The notes beneath the pieces were generated by a model. It was given only the letters and a program-made list of their open reading frames with translations, was not told the origin of the DNA and did no database searches. Both the position numbers and the translations under genes were made by a program. From Candidatus Aenigmatarchaeota archaeon (GTDB lineage Archaea > Aenigmatarchaeota > Aenigmatarchaeia > Aenigmatarchaeales > JACQIB01): a stretch of 10,442 bases of DNA. Below, in pieces: positions 6,078-10,442 of this stretch. The stretch is from positions 1 to 10,442 of the forward strand of contig JAWABM010000020.1 of NCBI GenBank assembly GCA_038999215.1, given 5' to 3'. The stretch's first letter is position 1. Every line of letters begins with the position of its first letter.

Positions 6078-7223
6078 GTGGACATATACTTCGTTTCCGT
6101 CGTGCTGTTCTTTGCGCTGCTCGCGGTGCTCATATATCGCGACAGGAAGAACGTGGAGTTCAAGTACGTGGTCGTCATGAGGAGGACAAAGAGGTTCAGG
6201 GACCTGATAGACGGCGTCGCCGGCCTCTCGCCGAAATGGTGGAAGAGGGTGTACTCGTTCGCCATAGCGGTCTGCTTCGCCTTCATGGTGGTCGGCGTTT
6301 TTTCCATATCCGAGGTGAGCGTCAGGATACTGCTCGGCATGGTGAAGCAGCCCGGCCTGCAGCTGATACTTCCAACGCCTGTAGCGAGCGGGGCTGTCGG
6401 TCCCGGCTACATACTGATACCCTTCTGGTTCTGGATAGCGGTCATAGGCATAATACTCGTGCCGCACGAGTTCTCGCACGGCATCGCCGCGCGAGCCGAG
6501 AAGATAAGGCTCAAGTCGGTTGGCCTGATGCTACTGGCCATATTCCCAGGGGCGTTCGTGGAGCCCGATGACAACCAGCTCAAGAGGTCTAAGCTGACGA
6601 CGAGGCTCAGGGTATTCGGTGCGGGCTCCTTTGCCAATTTCAGCGTCGCCCTGCTGGTCTTTTTGTTCACCGCATTCGTCGTCTGGCCGGGCTTCGCGGT
6701 GCCTGGTGTGAGCATACTCGATGTGAACGAGACCGGCCCGGCATATGCCGCGGGCATAAGGCCGAACATGACTGTGACCGAGCTCAACGGAAGGCCGGTC
6801 GAATCGACCTTCATGGAGCATCTCGGCGGCAGGGGTTATTTCGCCGATGAGATAGCCGGCCTTAGCAGGGGCGATATGCTTACGATGGTGGCCGACGGCA
6901 AGGCCTATTCGATGGTGCCGGACTTCAACGAAGCGACGAACACGACGAGCATAGGGATAACTTACAAGCCGCTGTTCAGGTCGGACGAGACGTTCTTCCT
7001 TTCGAGCGTAATCCCGTTCCTCAACATGGTATGGCTGTTCTCCCTGGCGGTCGGTATGGTCAACCTGCTGCCGCTCTATCCGCTCGACGGCGGTCTTATG
7101 TTCGAAGCGATTAGCCAGAGATATCTCAAGAAAAGGTCGAAAGTCGTCGTGAAGGCAGTCACGATACTGATGCTTTTGATAATGCTGTTCGACTTCTTCG
7201 GTCCGGCGATGCTCAATCCTTAA
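6078..7223 (+). CDS. Site-2 protease (peptidase M50) intramembrane zinc metalloprotease with PDZ-like insert
   Basis: HEFSHG zinc motif, GAFVEPD, AGSFAN, PDZ-like V.ETGPAYAAGIRP...TELNG and NLLPLYPLDGG. The start is most likely GTG 6078 (after GGTGA), not 5820, which lies inside lysS. Confidence 0.95.
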   Translation: MDIYFVSVVLFFALLAVLIYRDRKNVEFKYVVVMRRTKRFRDLIDGVAGLSPKWWKRVYSFAIAVCFAFMVVGVFSISEVSVRILLGMVKQPGLQLILPTPVASGAVGPGYILIPFWFWIAVIGIILVPHEFSHGIAARAEKIRLKSVGLMLLAIFPGAFVEPDDNQLKRSKLTTRLRVFGAGSFANFSVALLVFLFTAFVVWPGFAVPGVSILDVNETGPAYAAGIRPNMTVTELNGRPVESTFMEHLGGRGYFADEIAGLSRGDMLTMVADGKAYSMVPDFNEATNTTSIGITYKPLFRSDETFFLSSVIPFLNMVWLFSLAVGMVNLLPLYPLDGGLMFEAISQRYLKKRSKVVVKAVTILMLLIMLFDFFGPAMLNP

Positions 7224-7618
7224 AGGATCTTCAGTTCCTTGAAGCCGCTGTTCCTTTCGAGCAGCTCCCGGATTATCTTTATCTTTGCGCCCGCCTTGCC
7301 TATCACGGCCCCCCTCTCCTTGGAAGGTATGTTCACAACTATCTTCTCCCCCTCTATTCCGACCTTCTGGGCCTGCGGTATCAGGTTCTTTACGAATTTC
7401 GTTGTGTCATATGAGAATTCGAATATCTTTATCGGCTTCTGGAGTATGCGTTCCGCGTTCTTTATGTTCTTGCCTTCCTTGCCTATGGCCATCGCGGCTC
7501 TGCCCTCGCCTACGAGGAAGTACAATGTCTCGCAGTTTATGTAGTCCCTCACCTCGCAGCCCGTGAGGTTCTCGAACGCCGCTATGGCGAGGATGTCTTC
7601 AGTGTTGAACTCTTTCAT
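7220..7618 (-). CDS. nusA: Archaeal NusA (two KH domains)
   Basis: FENLTG.EVRD, FLV..G....AIGKEGKNIK and RGAVIGKAGAKIK (two GxxG KH loops). Canonical position after rpl30e. Confidence 0.93.
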   Translation of the reverse strand: MKEFNTEDILAIAAFENLTGCEVRDYINCETLYFLVGEGRAAMAIGKEGKNIKNAERILQKPIKIFEFSYDTTKFVKNLIPQAQKVGIEGEKIVVNIPSKERGAVIGKAGAKIKIIRELLERNSGFKELKIL

Positions 7619-7630
7619 TGAAGCACCGCA

Positions 7631-7894
7631 TCATTTCCTTATGGCCATTACTGAAATCCCGAAGGGCTTGCCGCAGAACACGCCCAGCTGCTTCCCTGTC
7701 CCGCCGAATGTCCTGACGTCTATCTCGGCCATCTTCTGGTAGTGGCTCACGTCCTTCATCACGCTTTCTGGCGTGTTGCTTGACATCACCACCTTCTTCA
7801 CTCTGCCTTCCTTGATTGCCTTCAGCACCTCCTTGGTGCCTATTATCGCCTTGTCCGAGGCGACAGCAGCCTTGATTTCGTCTTCCAGAGCCAT
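7631..7894 (-). CDS. rpl30e: 50S ribosomal protein L30e
   Basis: IIGTKEVLKAIK.G.VKKVVMSSNTP...F.GTGKQLG.FCGKPF.ISVMAI. ATG 7894 follows SD-like AGGGGGA. Canonical position after rpoA2. Confidence 0.94.
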   Translation of the reverse strand: MALEDEIKAAVASDKAIIGTKEVLKAIKEGRVKKVVMSSNTPESVMKDVSHYQKMAEIDVRTFGGTGKQLGVFCGKPFGISVMAIRK

Positions 7895-7935
7895 TTTGAA
7901 ATTCCCCCTTTGAGAATAGTTAAGCATCGAACAGA

Positions 7936-7941
7936 TTTAAA
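7936..7941 (-). promoter_or_regulatory. Possible internal TATA box for rpl30e-nusA
   Basis: TTTAAA 2 nt after the rpoA2 stop codon, beginning 47 nt before ATG 7894. Confidence 0.4.
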
Positions 7942-7943
7942 CA

Positions 7944-9074
7944 TTACTCTTTCTTCGGCGGCTTGAAAGTGAGGTCGAACATTCCCGTGCCTGCGGGCAC
8001 CACCTGGTTTATCATGACGTTCTCGACTATGCTCTCGAGCTTGTCCGTCTCGCCCGTGACAGCGGCTTTGGTGAGGTGCTTTATTGTTTCCTCGAAGTTG
8101 GCCCTCGCCAGCACCGAGCCCTTCGCGCCCGCGATTCCGTACCTTCCTATGGCCTTGACCATGCCGTCGGCCGACATTACGTCCGCGACCAGCATGATAT
8201 GCCTTATGTCCACGTCGAGCCCCTGCTCTTTCATGGCCGAGGCCGCCTCATTTATTATCGCGTTCCTGGCCGCTTCCACGCCGAGCGTCTTGTATATTTC
8301 ATGAATGTTGTTGGTGGTAGTCCTGCTCGCGTCCACCCCTCTGATTTCGAGCACCTTCGGGAAGTTGCTTCCCAGCGTGGTTATTATCCAGTCGCCTTCT
8401 CTCTGGTTTATCACTGCCTGCACAATGCCCTTGACTCCGCCAAGGTGCGTGTCGAGCACCTTGGCTTTGAGCCTCTGCATGTCCTTGACAGTGTATTCGC
8501 ATTTGGGCTTTATTGCGAAGCTGTCCTTCCTCGCCCTGACCTCGAAATCCTTCAGTGCCTCCTTCAGCCCGCTCTCCACCCTGCTCATGGTGAGCCCGCT
8601 GGCCCGCATCTCCTTCTGGTCTATCACGGCCTCTATCAGGCCGTTTGCAAGGTCTATCGAGGTCGAATAGGCTATGTCGCTGAGCTTGACCTCCCTTATG
8701 TCGGAGGCTATTTCATAGGCCTTCTCCTTCGTGTTGAACGCGGGCTTCAGGTAGATGGTCATGCTCGGCGTTGTCGGCGCCCTCCTGGCGTCGAATATCT
8801 CGACCAGCCTCGGAAGGCCGAGCGTGACCTCTATCTGCGCCGCTCCTGCCACATGGTAGGTTCTCATCGTCATTTGCGTCGCTGGTTCGGATATGCTCTG
8901 CGCCGCCACCATGCCTATGGCCTCGCCGGGCTCGTACAGGCTCTTGTTGTACATCTCGATGAGCCTTTTCTCGACCTTCGCCTTCTGGCCGGCAGTGAGC
9001 TTGTATTCCTTCATCTTCTTCTTCGCGTCCTCCTGCAGCTTCGGCGGCAGCTCTTCGAATTTTTCTACCATCAT
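7944..9074 (-). CDS. rpoA2: DNA-directed RNA polymerase subunit A'' (Rpo1C)
   Basis: [84 protein letters not shown] and GTG. Start at ATG 9074 gives an ATGA overlap with the rpoA1 stop (ATG 9071 is the alternative). Confidence 0.97.
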   Translation of the reverse strand: MMVEKFEELPPKLQEDAKKKMKEYKLTAGQKAKVEKRLIEMYNKSLYEPGEAIGMVAAQSISEPATQMTMRTYHVAGAAQIEVTLGLPRLVEIFDARRAPTTPSMTIYLKPAFNTKEKAYEIASDIREVKLSDIAYSTSIDLANGLIEAVIDQKEMRASGLTMSRVESGLKEALKDFEVRARKDSFAIKPKCEYTVKDMQRLKAKVLDTHLGGVKGIVQAVINQREGDWIITTLGSNFPKVLEIRGVDASRTTTNNIHEIYKTLGVEAARNAIINEAASAMKEQGLDVDIRHIMLVADVMSADGMVKAIGRYGIAGAKGSVLARANFEETIKHLTKAAVTGETDKLESIVENVMINQVVPAGTGMFDLTFKPPKKE

Positions 9075-10442
9075 ACAACACCCTTTATTATTTCCTCGAC
9101 GTCGATCTTTCCCCAATCCGACCTAGATGGGTCCACGCCGTCCTCTCCCGGCTTGAACTGTATTATGACCTTCCTGTTGTCCCTTATCGTGCCGTCGTAC
9201 TCGACCTTGAGGTCCTGCAGGGCGTTCATAAGCCTGCGCTCAAGGTATCCGCTGTGCCTTGTCCTGAGCGACTTGTCCATGAGGCCCTCTCGTCCGCTCA
9301 GCACGTTGAAGAAGAACTCGAACGGGTTGAGCCCGCTCTTGAACGAGTTGGCAACAAATCCGTGGGCCATCGGCGACAGGTCGCCCGTGACGAAGTGCGG
9401 GAGTGTCCTTCCCCTGAACCCCCTGTGTATCCTTTCGCCGAGCACGTGCTGCTGTCCGACCACGCCGTTCAATTGCACGAGGTGCGTCACGTGGCCCCTT
9501 GCCCCGGATTTGGCCATCACCACTGCGCTGTTCTCCACAAGGTCGGAAGTGACTATCCCTCCGACCGAATTGGTGAGGTTCGCCAGCAGCTTCATGGTCT
9601 GCGCCTCGAAGCTCCCTTTCATGTCCCTTCCCGGCAGCACCTCTATCCTGCTGTTCTTGAAATCGTCAATGAGCTGGTTCGCGCCAGCCAAGCCTTTCTC
9701 TATCTCCTTCTTGACCTTCTCCTTCGTGGCCTCGTTCATATCCATGTCATCTATCCCGACGGTGAAGCCATGATTCTCCAAAAACATTATCCCCAATAGC
9801 GCCACCCTGTCCACGAACCTGTGCGCCTCCTCTGCGCCGAATTCCCTCTCTATCCTGTCTATTATCTTCCCGGCCTCTCTTCCTATGGCCTTCTTATCTA
9901 TCACCCCGCGCTCGAGCTTCCCGTTCCTTATCACTACGTATCCGTCGTTCGGGCAGGTCCCTTTCACGCAGTTCTCGCAGCCGCAAACCTTCGCCTTGAA
10001 CTCCATGTTGAGCCCCTTTGGCAGCAGGTAGGAGAAGACGTCCTTCCCGCTTATCTTCTTCTTCTGCGGAAGGTCGGCGTCTATTCCGAGCTGAGAAAGC
10101 AGCCTGAATGCATCCTCCCTCCGGATTTCGGTGCCGGGCTTCGTGAGAAGGTATATGCCAGAGACATGGTCCTGCTCGCAGCCTATTATCGGGCCGCCGA
10201 ACCTGGGCGAACGTATGTGGTTCTGCACGCTCATCAGAAGCTCGGCCTCGGCGCGCGCCTCCTCTGTCTGCAGCACGTGCAGGTTCATTTCGTCCCCATC
10301 GAAATCCGCGTTGTACGGCGGGCAGACGCAAAGGTTGAGCGTGAATGTCCTCCATGGCTGCACCCTGACCTTGTGGGCCATTATTGACATCCTATGCAGC
10401 GATGGCTGCCTGTTGAAGAGCACGACGTCCCCGTTCTGCACG
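9071..10442 (-). CDS. rpoA1: DNA-directed RNA polymerase subunit A' (Rpo1N), 3' half (gene starts beyond the window)
   Basis: [20 protein letters not shown], catalytic [28 protein letters not shown] and bridge helix GREGL...SGYLERRL. Confidence 0.99.
   Translation of the reverse strand, partial: VQNGDVVLFNRQPSLHRMSIMAHKVRVQPWRTFTLNLCVCPPYNADFDGDEMNLHVLQTEEARAEAELLMSVQNHIRSPRFGGPIIGCEQDHVSGIYLLTKPGTEIRREDAFRLLSQLGIDADLPQKKKISGKDVFSYLLPKGLNMEFKAKVCGCENCVKGTCPNDGYVVIRNGKLERGVIDKKAIGREAGKIIDRIEREFGAEEAHRFVDRVALLGIMFLENHGFTVGIDDMDMNEATKEKVKKEIEKGLAGANQLIDDFKNSRIEVLPGRDMKGSFEAQTMKLLANLTNSVGGIVTSDLVENSAVVMAKSGARGHVTHLVQLNGVVGQQHVLGERIHRGFRGRTLPHFVTGDLSPMAHGFVANSFKSGLNPFEFFFNVLSGREGLMDKSLRTRHSGYLERRLMNALQDLKVEYDGTIRDNRKVIIQFKPGEDGVDPSRSDWGKIDVEEIIKGVV

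Noticed and set aside
9075..9116. Longer rpoA2 start at 9116
   Set aside because: It lies inside rpoA1 and the codon is TTG. The ATGA coupling at 9071-9074 is more plausible.
8076..9773. 565-aa plus-strand ORF opposite rpoA1/rpoA2
   Set aside because: Antisense shadow of conserved genes with no recognisable motif. Such ORFs are expected from codon bias in moderately GC-rich DNA.
9940..9990. Cys cluster [14 protein letters not shown] in RpoA1
   Set aside because: A Cys-rich metal-binding patch at this position is, as I recall, a known feature of archaeal Rpo1N and is not novel.
1..10442. Inteins, introns, frameshifts or recoded stops in rpoA1, rpoA2, elp3, lysS or the tRNA
   Set aside because: All appear to be of normal or short length with contiguous motifs. 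TAA, TAG and TGA all serve as stops, so the standard code fits.

Overview
A gene-dense archaeal housekeeping region. Split RNAP A'/A'' subunits, L21e, L30e, KH-only NusA, class I LysRS and TATA-box promoters are diagnostic of Archaea. The compact layout and broken operons suggest a DPANN-type lineage (inference only). Gene order: 3' end of a zinc-dependent dCMP/cytidine deaminase-like gene (+, missed by the ORF track), rpl21e (+), elp3 (-), a 76-aa Cys-rich half-ferritin-like gene (-), a ~4-TM hypothetical gene (-), tRNA-Leu(GAG) with encoded CCA (+), FkbM-family methyltransferase (+), cis-prenyltransferase uppS (+), lysS class I (-), M50 site-2 protease with PDZ-like insert (+), then nusA, rpl30e, rpoA2 and the 3' part of rpoA1 (all -). 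I see no CRISPR array, mobile element or large repeat, and I cannot support a clearly novel system. The best leads are: the unassigned membrane protein and mini ferritin-like gene upstream of a short, Dehalococcoides-like Elp3; three convergent gene pairs that all overlap through palindromes; a methyltransferase gene starting 11 nt after the tRNA CCA; and divergent RNAP bridge-helix and trigger-loop residues.
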